Source: an uncultured Opitutaceae bacterium (GTDB lineage Bacteria; Verrucomicrobiota; Verrucomicrobiia; Opitutales; Opitutaceae). Taken from it: DNA of 64,000 nt. Shown here in pieces: positions 17,799 to 27,087 of the stretch. Within the stretch, counting starts at the first letter, position 1, and every line of letters starts with the position of its first letter. A program made the translations under genes and the position numbers. Where the stretch lies: contig CAYVKH010000014.1 in assembly GCA_964451965.1 (NCBI GenBank), forward strand, positions 1,979-65,978, written 5' to 3'. The notes beneath the pieces are model-generated. The model saw only the letters and a list, made by a program, of their open reading frames with translations, was not told the origin of the DNA and ran no database searches.

Positions 17799-18590
17799 AT
17801 GCCACACCGCCCGAGGTTGATTCAGGCTTCGCTTGCATCGGTGCTTCTTTTCTCCGCGTGCTGCGCGCCCGGACTGCGCGCCCAGGTGACCGAGACCACC
17901 CAGACGATCGAGCCCGGCGGCGTCCTGATGCGCATGGACGCGATCTCGTTCGGGATCAAGCCGGACACGACGGCGCCGAACCAGTACAAGGCGCTGGCGC
18001 TCGGCACGACGATGGTCTCGGCCGGGCTCACGAACACGCTGGACGCCGAGGTCGGCGCGCAGCTGTTCCTGAGGAACACGTTCTCGACGGCCGGGACGGA
18101 CCACACCGAAAGCGGGGTGGGGGACGTTTTGTTCAGGACCAAGTGGACCTTCTGGCGCGATCCCTCGAGCGGCGAGGCCGCGGCGATCATTCCCTTCGTC
18201 GTGCTCCCCACGAACTCGGCCGCTGTGGGGAACAACTCGGCGGAGGGGGGAGTCATCCTGCCGTGGTCCATGGACATCGCCGCGGGCGCGAAGGCGGCCG
18301 CGATGGTGGAGTGGGACGAGTTCCGGAACGTCGCGAACACCCGCTACGACACGCGCTGGTACGGGAGCGCCTACGTCAAGTGGGAGCTCGGGAGCACGCT
18401 CGGGGCCTACGCCGAGACGACGCTCAGCGACTCGACGGAGGGCTCCTCGACCTTCGCCGGGACGGTCGGGGGCGGCGCGACGCTCTCGATCTCCAAGAAC
18501 TTCGAGTGGGACTTCGAGGTCAGCCGGGTCCTGGGATCGGGCCGGAGCGCCTGGACCGAGGTGCTGCGCTTCCGCTGGAAGATCCTCTAG
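17799..18590 (+). CDS. Putative outer-membrane beta-barrel protein (MetA-pathway/transporter-like)
   Basis: ATG at 17799 with a signal peptide ending LRAQ. Shows an alternating amphipathic strand pattern and an aromatic C-terminus, RFRWKIL. The family assignment is tentative. Confidence 0.55.
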   Translation: MPHRPRLIQASLASVLLFSACCAPGLRAQVTETTQTIEPGGVLMRMDAISFGIKPDTTAPNQYKALALGTTMVSAGLTNTLDAEVGAQLFLRNTFSTAGTDHTESGVGDVLFRTKWTFWRDPSSGEAAAIIPFVVLPTNSAAVGNNSAEGGVILPWSMDIAAGAKAAAMVEWDEFRNVANTRYDTRWYGSAYVKWELGSTLGAYAETTLSDSTEGSSTFAGTVGGGATLSISKNFEWDFEVSRVLGSGRSAWTEVLRFRWKIL

Positions 18591-18610
18591 GGAGCCCCAG
18601 GGCGGGGACG

Positions 18611-20065
18611 TCAGGCCTCCTCGAAATCGGTGAGGATCGAGAACCTGAACGTCGAGCCCTCGCCGTCTCGGCTCTCGACCGAGATCGTGCCGCCCATGAG
18701 CTCGCACAGGCGCTTGGAGATGATGAGGCCGAGCCCGGTGCCGCCGCGACGCCGCGTCGACGAGCTGTCGACCTGGCTGAAGGGCATGAAGAGATGGTCG
18801 AGCTTGTCGGCCGGGATCCCGATCCCGGTGTCCTTGACCGCGAAAAAGAGGCGCGCGACGCGCCGGGGGGAGCCGGGTTCGACCGGCTCGCCGCGGGCGC
18901 ACGAGACCTCGAGCGACACTCCGCCGCGCTCCGTGAACTTCAGGGCGTTGCCGATCAGGTTGGTGAGGATCTGGCGGATGCGCGACTCGTCGCTGTTCAC
19001 GATCTCAGGGACCCCGGCGTCGACCTTCGAATCCAGCGCGAGGGCGAGAGAGCGCGCCTTGGGCGCGAAGAAGGCGCAGATGTCCTGGACGCACATGCGC
19101 AGCGAGAACGGCGCGTGCTCGATGTCTATCTTGCCCGAGTCGATCTTCGAGAGGTTGAGGATGTCCGCGATGATCTTCTCCAGGGCCAGGCCGCTCGAGT
19201 TGATCATCTCCACCTGCTCCCGCTGGTCCAGGCTGAGCGTGGTCGACGAGAGCATCTTCGAGAACCCGATGATCGCATTGATCGGCGTCCGCAGCTCATG
19301 GCTCACGATCGCGAGGAATTCGGACTTGGCGCGGTCCGCGGCCTCCGCCGCCTCCTTCGCGCGCAGGAGGGCCGCCTCGGCCTCCTTGCGCTCGGTGATG
19401 TCATGGCCCACCGACTGGTATTCCATGGTCGTGCGCTCGTCGTCCTTGATCGCGCGCTGGGTCCACCGGATCCAGAGGCGCCGGCCGTCGTCAAAGGGCA
19501 TCTCGGTCTCGAACGTGTACGGCTCGTCCGCGATCGCCGCGCCCGGCGTGAAGTACGGGAAATCGACTCCGACGAGCTCCGTCCGCTTGCGGTTCACGGC
19601 GCGCGCATAGGCGCCGTTCACGAACGTGATCTTCCCGTCGTTCCTGTAGCGGCAGATGAGGTCGGGCTGGTCCTCGACTATCCCCTTGTAGCTAGCCTCG
19701 ACCTGCTGGAGCGACCGGGCCATCCGCTCGATCTTGCGCGCCAGGCCTATGATCTCGTCCGAGTCGGACTCGTCGCTGACAAGGGGGGCGTCCTCGATCT
19801 TGACCGAGTCCGTGGTGTCACGCAGCGACTTGAGCGACCTCGCGAGCGTCTGGTCCCACACATAGCCGGCCAGCATCAGCAGCAGGGCCCCGCAGATCGC
19901 AAACCCGATGATATACAGCGCGCTGCCCAGGCGCTCCCTGACCTGCTCGTCGATGAGGATCGAGACCCACCCCACGACAAGTCCGAAGGTGAGGACAAGA
20001 ATGAACGTCGTCTTGCGTTTCATCGATTGGGTAATGTTCACGGGCACTTTGCGGGAGACGTTCAT
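18611..20065 (-). CDS. Membrane-anchored PAS sensor histidine kinase
   Basis: N-terminal TM segment (TFILVLTFGLVVGWVSILI), a PAS-like middle region, H-box FLAIVSHELRTPINAI, and an HATPase region (NLIGNALKFT, DTGIGI, GGTGLGL). An alternative ATG lies at 20023. Confidence 0.85.
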   Translation of the reverse strand: MNVSRKVPVNITQSMKRKTTFILVLTFGLVVGWVSILIDEQVRERLGSALYIIGFAICGALLLMLAGYVWDQTLARSLKSLRDTTDSVKIEDAPLVSDESDSDEIIGLARKIERMARSLQQVEASYKGIVEDQPDLICRYRNDGKITFVNGAYARAVNRKRTELVGVDFPYFTPGAAIADEPYTFETEMPFDDGRRLWIRWTQRAIKDDERTTMEYQSVGHDITERKEAEAALLRAKEAAEAADRAKSEFLAIVSHELRTPINAIIGFSKMLSSTTLSLDQREQVEMINSSGLALEKIIADILNLSKIDSGKIDIEHAPFSLRMCVQDICAFFAPKARSLALALDSKVDAGVPEIVNSDESRIRQILTNLIGNALKFTERGGVSLEVSCARGEPVEPGSPRRVARLFFAVKDTGIGIPADKLDHLFMPFSQVDSSSTRRRGGTGLGLIISKRLCELMGGTISVESRDGEGSTFRFSILTDFEEA

Positions 20066-20101
20066 TGGAGTCGAGTACCGAACATATCAATGGAGCGCTC
20101 C

Positions 20102-20926
20102 TTAGGATGCGAAAAACGGGTTCTGGCGCTTCTCCTGGCCGACGGTCGTGAGGGGTCCGTGCCCGCACGCAAGGACGGTGTTGCGCGGCAGCCTCAGGAT
20201 CTTCTCGACGTCATTCTTGTACTGGTCGGCGAAATGCTCGGCGCTGCCCCCGATGGAGCTGGCGAAAAGCGAATCACCAACAACCGCAAGGGGATAGCTT
20301 AGCCCCGTCACATAGAACGTCGTCTGGCCCGGGGAATGCCCCCACGTGGAGAGCGTCTTGATCGCGACCCCGCCGATGTGAAAGTGAGCGTTCTCCCTGA
20401 ACACCCTTGCGCCCGGGTGGTCCGACGGCTCCCGCTCGCTGGCCCAGACCTCGGCCCCCGTCTCCTTTGCCAGCCGCGCCAGGTCGGCGATGTGGTCGTC
20501 GTGGGTATGGGTGATGAGGATCATCTGCAGGCGGATCTTCTCCGTGCGGATGACATCGAGCATCCCCGAGGAGTCCGACCCGGTGTCGAACGCGGCGCCG
20601 ATGCGCTCGCGCGCGTCCCAGACAAGGTAGCTGTTCACGAAGATGTCCTCGAAAGGGGTGTTGAAGATCGCGAACCCGTGGGGAAAGACCGGGGTTTCCG
20701 GGTACCACCTCTTGTGCGCGAGATCCTCCAGCGCATTCGGGCCGAGCCGAAGGTGCCGCGCCACCCTGCGGATGACGGCGTCGATGACGCGCCCGGACTT
20801 CACGGCCGCGAGGTCTTCGGGCGTCACCTCGGCCCTCTTGCACAGCTCCTCGTCGGACATCTTCAGGCCCCTCTGGGCCTTTGAGATGACGTCGCTGAAA
20901 TTATCCTCGATCGGGATTCTCGGCAT
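20102..20926 (-). CDS. MBL-fold metallo-hydrolase with an N-terminal HTH-like extension
   Basis: ILITHTHDDHI (the HxHxDH metal motif) and a later GH..G. The first ~70 aa (MSDEELCKRAEVTPEDLAAVKSGR) look like a short XRE-type helix-turn-helix. Confidence 0.8.
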   Translation of the reverse strand: MPRIPIEDNFSDVISKAQRGLKMSDEELCKRAEVTPEDLAAVKSGRVIDAVIRRVARHLRLGPNALEDLAHKRWYPETPVFPHGFAIFNTPFEDIFVNSYLVWDARERIGAAFDTGSDSSGMLDVIRTEKIRLQMILITHTHDDHIADLARLAKETGAEVWASEREPSDHPGARVFRENAHFHIGGVAIKTLSTWGHSPGQTTFYVTGLSYPLAVVGDSLFASSIGGSAEHFADQYKNDVEKILRLPRNTVLACGHGPLTTVGQEKRQNPFFAS

Positions 20927-20938
20927 GGGCGATCCGTA

Positions 20939-21565
20939 TCACGGCAGATGGCTCGGCGCGAGGTTTTGAGCCGCCAGGGAGGCGGAACGGGCCTGCTCCT
21001 TGCGGCCGCCCCTCTCGAATAGCTCTGCTATTGAGCGATAGGCCGCCTCGCCAAGCCTCGGGTCGACCCTGGCTATTTCAGCCGCAAGCGACAGCGCCTT
21101 GGAGGGGTCGCCGAGGGGCCAGGGCGCCTTGGCGTAGAACCTCATGAGCCCCTCGCGCGCCTCCAGGTCCCCGGGGTCCTCGGCGATTGCGCGGGCCATC
21201 GCGTCGCGGCCCTCAAGGGCGAGCGAGAACGAGTTGTCGCGGTCCGCCATCAGAAGGCAGACGCCCGCGTACTGCGCGAGGTAGTCCTCGTTCTGCGGCG
21301 AAAGCTTGGCCGCCTTTGCGAGCCAATACCGGGCCGAGTCAAGCGAGGTGGGGCCGCCCGCGCGAAGTATGGTCATGCCGAGAAAATAGGCGGCCTCGGC
21401 GTTCGAGGGCTGCGACGCGGCCAGCGGCTCAAGCGCGGCCCTGGCCTCGGAGTACTTCTTCTGCTTGTAGAGCGAGATCGCATCGTCGGCCGGCCCGGCC
21501 GCGGCCAGGACGCCCAAAAGCAGCGGGAGGCCCAGCCCCAAAGCCCCGATTCGGCCCACGCTCAT
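20939..21565 (-). CDS. Secreted TPR/Sel1-like repeat protein
   Basis: ATG at 21565 with a signal-like N-terminus (LGLGLPLLLGVLAAAGPA), followed by helical repeats. The start overlaps the coaD stop (ATGA). Confidence 0.6.
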   Translation of the reverse strand: MSVGRIGALGLGLPLLLGVLAAAGPADDAISLYKQKKYSEARAALEPLAASQPSNAEAAYFLGMTILRAGGPTSLDSARYWLAKAAKLSPQNEDYLAQYAGVCLLMADRDNSFSLALEGRDAMARAIAEDPGDLEAREGLMRFYAKAPWPLGDPSKALSLAAEIARVDPRLGEAAYRSIAELFERGGRKEQARSASLAAQNLAPSHLP

Positions 21566-22041
21566 TTCGAGAACGCGACCCGGAGCGCCTCTGCTACATT
21601 GGGCGGCACGAAGTGCCCCACGGGGCCGCCGTGGCTGGCGACCTGCTTCACCAGCGACGAGCTGGTGTAGCTGAACTGCTCGTTGGGCATGACGAAGATC
21701 GTCTCCACCAGCGGCTGGAGATGGCGGTTCATGAGCGCCATGTTGAACTCGAACTCGAAGTCCGAGAATGCGCGCAGGCCGCGGATGACCGCGTTGGCGT
21801 TCTGGCTCACGGCGAAGTCCACCAGCAGCCCGTCGAACGTCGTCGCGGTCACGTTCGGGAACTTGCCTATGTTGGGAAGGATCATCGCAAGGCGCTCTTG
21901 CGAGGAGAAGAGCGGCTTCTTGCCGGGGTTGTCGGCCACCGAGACGGTCACCTTGTCGAAAAGGCGCGCGGCGCGCGCGAGCACGTCGAGGTGGCCGTAC
22001 GTGATGGGATCGAAGGTGCCCGGATAGATGCAGTGACGCAT
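21562..22041 (-). CDS. coaD: Phosphopantetheine adenylyltransferase
   Basis: ATG at 22041. MRHCIYPGTFDPITYGHLDV, VIRGLRAFSDFE.E and SSSLVK are all present. Confidence 0.92.
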   Translation of the reverse strand: MRHCIYPGTFDPITYGHLDVLARAARLFDKVTVSVADNPGKKPLFSSQERLAMILPNIGKFPNVTATTFDGLLVDFAVSQNANAVIRGLRAFSDFEFEFNMALMNRHLQPLVETIFVMPNEQFSYTSSSLVKQVASHGGPVGHFVPPNVAEALRVAFSK

Positions 22042-22141
22042 GTGTGACCTCACCAAGGAAATAACCTAACTTCCCGCCTGGCGAGCGTGTTCCTCTACGA
22101 TGTTGCCTTCGCCCGGGGCGCGTATCTTGTTACGTGGGAAC

Positions 22142-22738
22142 ATGAACCTGCCGAACGTCATCACGCTTTCGCGCATTCCGCTGATGTTCGTCATCGTCGG
22201 TCTCATGTTCTGCGCCTGGCCCGGGGCGGCGACGCTCGCCTTCGTGCTCTTCATCGCGGCGGCCGTTGGCGACTGGCTCGACGGGTACCTGGCGCGCACG
22301 CGCGGGCTCGTTTCCAGCTTCGGGAAGCTGATGGACGCCATGGCCGACAAGATCATGGTCATGGGGATCGTGATCGCGCTCGTGGAGAAGCATAAGATCT
22401 GGGTCTCGCTGGCCCTCATCACGCTGTGCCGCGAATTCCTGATCACGGGGATGCGCATGGTGGCGGCGACCAAGGGCGTGGTCGTGGCCGCGGACAGCCA
22501 TGGCAAGACCAAGACCGTGACCCAGCTCATCGCGCTCGGCTTCTTCATGGCGGCGCCGATGGTGTCGCGGGACGGGGCGAGCTTCTTCGGCTGGGACGGG
22601 TTGCAATCCGCGGGGATCATCGACAGGGTGGGCATCGCCGTGTTCATCGCCGGCACCGTTCTGTCCGTTTGGTCGGGCTGCCGCTACATCTTAAGGAACG
22701 GGCGGCTGGTGTTCGGAGATGACGCCCCTTCCCCATGA
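22142..22738 (+). CDS. pgsA: CDP-diacylglycerol--glycerol-3-phosphate 3-phosphatidyltransferase
   Basis: ATG at 22142 (MNLPNVITLSRI). CDP-alcohol phosphatidyltransferase motif DWLDGYLAR...G..LD..ADK is present. Confidence 0.9.
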   Translation: MNLPNVITLSRIPLMFVIVGLMFCAWPGAATLAFVLFIAAAVGDWLDGYLARTRGLVSSFGKLMDAMADKIMVMGIVIALVEKHKIWVSLALITLCREFLITGMRMVAATKGVVVAADSHGKTKTVTQLIALGFFMAAPMVSRDGASFFGWDGLQSAGIIDRVGIAVFIAGTVLSVWSGCRYILRNGRLVFGDDAPSP

Positions 22739-23253
22739 GGCTTGAGCAACCCTCCTGGTCCAGGCACCTTCCCACGGAGGGGGTCCTCCGCATGGCCACG
22801 CTGGGCCCTGTCGGCCTCCGGATGAGGGCCCCTGGGACCTGGGGCTCGGCGGCGGGGCTCCTCTTCTTCGCGGTCTGCTTTTACCCGCTCGGCATTGTCG
22901 AGAGCCTTGTGGCAATCGCCGCCCTCGCGTACTTCGCGGTGGGGGTCTGCGGCGAGGCCGAGATCCGGCTGGGCAAGCACGACCCGGGCGAGGTCATCCT
23001 CGACGAGTTCGTGGCGATGCCGCTTTGCTTCCTCGGGTGGCCGATGATCATCGGGCCGGGCCTCGTTCCGTTCCTCGGGCTGATGCTCGCGGGATTCGCC
23101 CTCTTCAGGTTCTACGACATCAAGAAGCCCCTCGTGATCAACTCCCTTCAGGATCTGCCCGGCGGGTGGGGAATCGTGCTCGACGATACCGCGGCGGCGC
23201 TGGCCACGTGCGCGACGCTGCACCTTTCGCACGCGATCTGGGTTCTCGTCTGA
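22735..23253 (+). CDS. pgpA: Phosphatidylglycerophosphatase A
   Basis: APGTWGSAAG, ILDEFV, FRFYDIKKP and GGWGIVLDD are present. ATG 22735 overlaps the pgsA stop (ATGA). An alternative ATG lies at 22792. Confidence 0.85.
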   Translation: MRLEQPSWSRHLPTEGVLRMATLGPVGLRMRAPGTWGSAAGLLFFAVCFYPLGIVESLVAIAALAYFAVGVCGEAEIRLGKHDPGEVILDEFVAMPLCFLGWPMIIGPGLVPFLGLMLAGFALFRFYDIKKPLVINSLQDLPGGWGIVLDDTAAALATCATLHLSHAIWVLV

Positions 23254-23267
23254 CCCGGCGCGGAGCC

Positions 23268-23771
23268 TTAGGGCAGCGCGCAGAGGCTCTCGGCGGGAAG
23301 CTTGAGAAGGAGGCCCTGGCGCAGCACGTCGACCGCTATCACGATCCCCTCGGGGTTTGAGGAATCGTCCACGAGCCCCTCGAGCCCGTGGAGCGGGCCC
23401 CCGACGACGCGCACGCGCCGGCCGCGGGTGAGGAAGGGGATGAGGCTGAGCTCGATCCCCGAGGCGACGATCTTCCTGACATCGGCAAGCTGGGCGAGGA
23501 ACCTGGGCTCGTCGTCGACCTGGATGGCCCTGGCGATCAGCTCCTGCTGGTAGATCCGCGCCTTCCCGGCCGCGGGGACGCGCGCAAAGACATACCCGGG
23601 GAAGAGCGGCTTCGTGAAGCGCTTCGTCCCGCTCGGATAGCGCCTGATGCTGCTCACGAGCGGCAGGTAGTGCTCGAACCCCTCGGCGGCCAGCAGCGCC
23701 GCGAACTTCTTCTCCCGCCGCGGCCTCGTGTGGCAGGCGTACCAGGCGCTTGCGGCGGGCGCTTCGCTCAC
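23268..23771 (-). CDS. Specialised NusG paralogue (RfaH/UpxY/LoaP-like antiterminator)
   Basis: NGN opening [30 protein letters not shown], then [10 protein letters not shown] and a KOW-like [18 protein letters not shown]. The GTG start at 23771 overlaps the aroQ stop (GTGA). Confidence 0.78.
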   Translation of the reverse strand: MSEAPAASAWYACHTRPRREKKFAALLAAEGFEHYLPLVSSIRRYPSGTKRFTKPLFPGYVFARVPAAGKARIYQQELIARAIQVDDEPRFLAQLADVRKIVASGIELSLIPFLTRGRRVRVVGGPLHGLEGLVDDSSNPEGIVIAVDVLRQGLLLKLPAESLCALP

Positions 23772-24196
23772 GTCTTGAGCAGGAACCGTATGGCGGCGTG
23801 GTAGCCCTCGTGCCCGAGCCCGCTGATCACCGCCACGCACGCCGGGGCCGTCAGCGAGGTGTGCCTGAACTCCTCGCGCTTGTAGATGTTCGAGATGTGA
23901 ACCTCGACCGCGGCAATGTGGGCGCCGAGCAGGGCATCCCTCAGGGCGACGCTCGTATGGGTGAGCGCCCCTGCATTGATCACGATGCCATCGAACTTCG
24001 AGTCGGCGAGCTTCGCGATCCTGTCGATCAGCTCGCCCTCGTGGTTGGACTGGAAGAACTCGAGCGCGGCCCTTGGCCCGAACTCGGCGCGCAGCGCCTT
24101 CTCGAGGTCCCCCAGCGTCGCGCTGCCGTAGATCTCGGGCTCGCGCTTGCCGAGCCGGTCAAGGTTGGGTCCGTTCAGTATGGCGATCTTCTTCAT
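23768..24196 (-). CDS. aroQ: 3-dehydroquinate dehydratase, type II
   Basis: ATG at 24196. [44 protein letters not shown] and HISNIY are present. Confidence 0.92.
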   Translation of the reverse strand: MKKIAILNGPNLDRLGKREPEIYGSATLGDLEKALRAEFGPRAALEFFQSNHEGELIDRIAKLADSKFDGIVINAGALTHTSVALRDALLGAHIAAVEVHISNIYKREEFRHTSLTAPACVAVISGLGHEGYHAAIRFLLKT

Positions 24197-24213
24197 GGCC
24201 GTTGGGGGGCTGG

Positions 24214-24966
24214 CTAAAGGGGATTTTCGGTCGCAATGAACTCCCACGGCAACCCAAACTTTGCCGACAGCTCCGCGGCGAGGGCACGGACGGCGTGCAC
24301 CTCGGTGGCGTAGTGCCCGCAGAGGTAGAGGTTGAGCCGGCGCTCCTGGGCGACATTGAACCACTCCTCCCGCAGCTCGCCGGTCACGAGCGTGTCGACC
24401 CCGGCGTCCGGGAGGGCGGCCATGGCGCCGTTGCCGCTGCCGCTGCAGAAGGCCACCTCGGACGGGCTCGCGGATCCGAACTCAATGGGGACGACCCTCG
24501 GGTACAGAGACTCCAGCTTCCGGCGCAGCGCGGACCTCCTGATGCGGCACGGCGCGATGCAGCCGATGTTCCCGCCTTCGTTGGCCAGGAAGCCCCTGCG
24601 CGGCCTCAGGCCCAGCTGGCGGGCGAGGAGCGCGTTGTTGCCGATCCGCGGGTGCGCGTCGAGCGGCAGGTGGCAGGAATAGAGGGCGCAGTTGCCCCTG
24701 ACGAGCGCCGCCGCCCGCTCGTAGGCCGGGCCGGTCAGCGGCCGGGGCATGTCCCAGTACATGCCGTGGTGGACGATCAGGAAGTCCACCCGGGCGCTGG
24801 TCGCCTTCAGGAAGGGGACGAGCCCCGCGTCGACGGCCGCGCCGATCCGGGTCACCCGGCCGTCGTTGGCGAACTGCAGGCCGTTGAACGCGCCGGGGGC
24901 GTCCTTGAAGGCCGCAAGGCGGGTGCGCCTGTCGCAGTAATCGACGAGGTCCTTTAGTCTAGGCAT
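24214..24966 (-). CDS. Nif3-like dinuclear metal centre protein (YbgI/GTP cyclohydrolase 1 type 2 family)
   Basis: Full ORF with ATG at 24966. [21 protein letters not shown], and C-terminal TGE..E......GHY are present. Confidence 0.85.
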   Translation of the reverse strand: MPRLKDLVDYCDRRTRLAAFKDAPGAFNGLQFANDGRVTRIGAAVDAGLVPFLKATSARVDFLIVHHGMYWDMPRPLTGPAYERAAALVRGNCALYSCHLPLDAHPRIGNNALLARQLGLRPRRGFLANEGGNIGCIAPCRIRRSALRRKLESLYPRVVPIEFGSASPSEVAFCSGSGNGAMAALPDAGVDTLVTGELREEWFNVAQERRLNLYLCGHYATEVHAVRALAAELSAKFGLPWEFIATENPL

Positions 24967-24970
24967 GGTG

Positions 24971-26002
24971 TCATCGGCCGAGCCGGCAGCTATGTGCGCT
25001 AAAGCCTGCGCCGAAACTCACGAGCCAAAAATCACCGTCCGGCGCGGGGCCGGCCTCGGCGAGGGCCTCCTCGAGCGCGAACAGCACGGAGGCGCTGCTC
25101 ATGTTTCCATTGTCGCGCAGGGTCCGTGCGCTCGCGTCGAGCGAGTGGGGCGCGACCACAGGGGCCACCGCCTCAAGGACGTCGCGCCCGCCCGGGTGGG
25201 CCACGACGCGCGCCACCGGCCTCGGGCCCCGGCCGCTCCAGAGCCTGCCGACCGCGCCGGCCGCCAGCTCGGGCACGGTGCGGTCAAGGAGATTGCGCAG
25301 CTTGCCGCCGCGCTGCTCGAAGCGCAGCTTGTCGCGGTCGGCGGGCAGGTGCAGCGAGTTGAAGTCGAACGCCCTCAGGCCCGACGGCCCCGGCGAGGAG
25401 CGCCAGAGCGTCGCGGCCGCTCCGTCGCTGAAGAGGCAGGCGCTGATCAGCACGCCGGGATCGTCGTCCAGGTAGAAGGCCGCCGAGCAGATCTCCACCG
25501 CGACGCAGGCCACCGTGGCTCCGGGATGGGCCGCGAGAATATGGCTTGCGGCTCGCAGCGTGGGTATCGCGGCGCCGCATCCGAGGCCCACCATGTCCTG
25601 GAGGAGCGCGTCCTGCCGGATGCCGAGGCTCTCCGCGACGTAGCTTGTCACCCCCGGGCAGAGGTATCCGGTGCACGTGCAGATCAGAAGGGCGTCGAGC
25701 TCGCCGGGCTCGACCGACGCCGCGCGCAGGGCGGCGCCAAGCGCGCGCCCCGCCAGCGCCGGCGCCTCGGCCCGAAACGACTGGTTCAGTTCGTCCGCGG
25801 TCCGGTCGAACACGGTCTCGATCTCGGGCACCGCGAAGTGCCTGCGCTCGATGCCGTGGTTGCCCCTAAGAATGCTCTGCAGGATCAGCATCGAGCGCTT
25901 CTTCAGGCGCGAGCGCACGGCGGACTCCTCGACGATCCGCCAGCAGTCGGGCTGGGAGAAGGTGGCGGCCGGCACCGCGGTGGCGAGGGATTGAAGGTAC
26001 AT
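24971..26002 (-). CDS. Type III polyketide synthase (chalcone/stilbene synthase superfamily)
   Basis: ATG at 26002. The catalytic-triad contexts are LLICTCTGYLCPG (Cys), VVAHPGGRDVL (His) and DNGNMSSASVLFAL (Asn). The C-terminus is SFGAGFS. Confidence 0.88.
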   Translation of the reverse strand: MYLQSLATAVPAATFSQPDCWRIVEESAVRSRLKKRSMLILQSILRGNHGIERRHFAVPEIETVFDRTADELNQSFRAEAPALAGRALGAALRAASVEPGELDALLICTCTGYLCPGVTSYVAESLGIRQDALLQDMVGLGCGAAIPTLRAASHILAAHPGATVACVAVEICSAAFYLDDDPGVLISACLFSDGAAATLWRSSPGPSGLRAFDFNSLHLPADRDKLRFEQRGGKLRNLLDRTVPELAAGAVGRLWSGRGPRPVARVVAHPGGRDVLEAVAPVVAPHSLDASARTLRDNGNMSSASVLFALEEALAEAGPAPDGDFWLVSFGAGFSAHSCRLGR

Positions 26003-26013
26003 TCGTGGGTCTG

Positions 26014-27087
26014 CTACCGCAGCACTGCGTAGAACGCGCTGAAGGGAACGAGCCCGGAGCCCACGAGGGCCGCGAGGCAGGGCTGGCTCCACTTCCCGAG
26101 GAAGAAGGGATGGATCAGGCTGGCGAGCAGGAGGCGTCGGGAGAATCGCGCGCGCTGCGCCGAGGCTATTTCCATGGCCGACTCCTCCCAGCTTGCCTCA
26201 CCCGACGCGTAGGCGTGCAGGGGCCCCACCGCGAGCTCGGCGCCCTGCAGAGCCATGGCCAGCCCATTGCCGGTGAAAGGCGGAATGGATGCGCATGCGT
26301 CGCCGATGCAGACTCGGTCCGAAACGGCGATCCTGCGGTCGCCCAGGGTCGCCGCGGTCGCGCAGAACGACTCGGGATCCGGATCCGCGGACCGGAGGCG
26401 CTCCGCCAGGTTCTCGAGGCCAGCCGTCCTCAGATAGGCGAGGAGCAGGTCGAACCCGCGCTCGGTGTGCTCCTGTGGGGCGAAAATCCCGCAGGCGTTG
26501 ATGGCTCCCGTCTCCACCCGGGAGAGGCCGACGTAGCAGCGCTCCCCAAGATGGACCTCGAAGTCGGCGGCGAGGGTCAGGTCGCGCAAATGCACCTTCA
26601 GGCCCACCCAAAAGGGGCCTTTGCGCCTTCGTCCGCCCGCGAAGACCCTGCCGGCCGGGGATTCGGCATCATCGGCCCACGTGTTGGTTCGCAGGTGCCC
26701 GCCTGCGGCGACAAAGGCCCTGGCCAGCCGGGCGTCGAGCGTGTGCCGGCTGATTCCCAGCGCGGGGGACGGAAGCGAGAAGGGGCGCAACGCCCTGTCG
26801 CGAAGATGGTAGGTCACGGTGCGGTGCGGCCGCGCGTCGGCTAGGAACTCGTTCAATCCCAGGGAATTGGCCGTGTCCTCGCTCAGCCCCGAGATGAATT
26901 CACCGCACACGCGGTGCCGCGGGTAATCGCCGGATTCAAAGAGGGTCAAAGGAACCCCTTTTCTCCTCAGGGCGAGACCAAGCGCAAGACCGGAGAGTCC
27001 ACCGCCCACGATCTCGATTGGAAGCAGGGAGTTCAAGGGTTGCGAACTGCGACCATCCGAAAGGCCCCGAGTGCCGTCATTCGGCAC
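26014..27087 (-). CDS. FAD-dependent oxidoreductase / aromatic-ring hydroxylase-like flavoprotein
   Basis: Rossmann motif IEIVGGGLSGLALGLALRRKG and a later GDACASIPPFTGNGLAMAL. The start is GTG 27087 (55-nt overlap) or TTG 27036 (TTGA overlap with the upstream stop). Confidence 0.78.
   Translation of the reverse strand: MPNDGTRGLSDGRSSQPLNSLLPIEIVGGGLSGLALGLALRRKGVPLTLFESGDYPRHRVCGEFISGLSEDTANSLGLNEFLADARPHRTVTYHLRDRALRPFSLPSPALGISRHTLDARLARAFVAAGGHLRTNTWADDAESPAGRVFAGGRRRKGPFWVGLKVHLRDLTLAADFEVHLGERCYVGLSRVETGAINACGIFAPQEHTERGFDLLLAYLRTAGLENLAERLRSADPDPESFCATAATLGDRRIAVSDRVCIGDACASIPPFTGNGLAMALQGAELAVGPLHAYASGEASWEESAMEIASAQRARFSRRLLLASLIHPFFLGKWSQPCLAALVGSGLVPFSAFYAVLR

Noticed and set aside
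17447-20302. 951-aa + strand ORF spanning the OM-barrel and histidine-kinase region
   Set aside because: It overlaps two motif-supported genes (17799..18590 + in another frame, 18611..20065 -). Its product is a highly charged, repetitive R/D/G/E-rich sequence.
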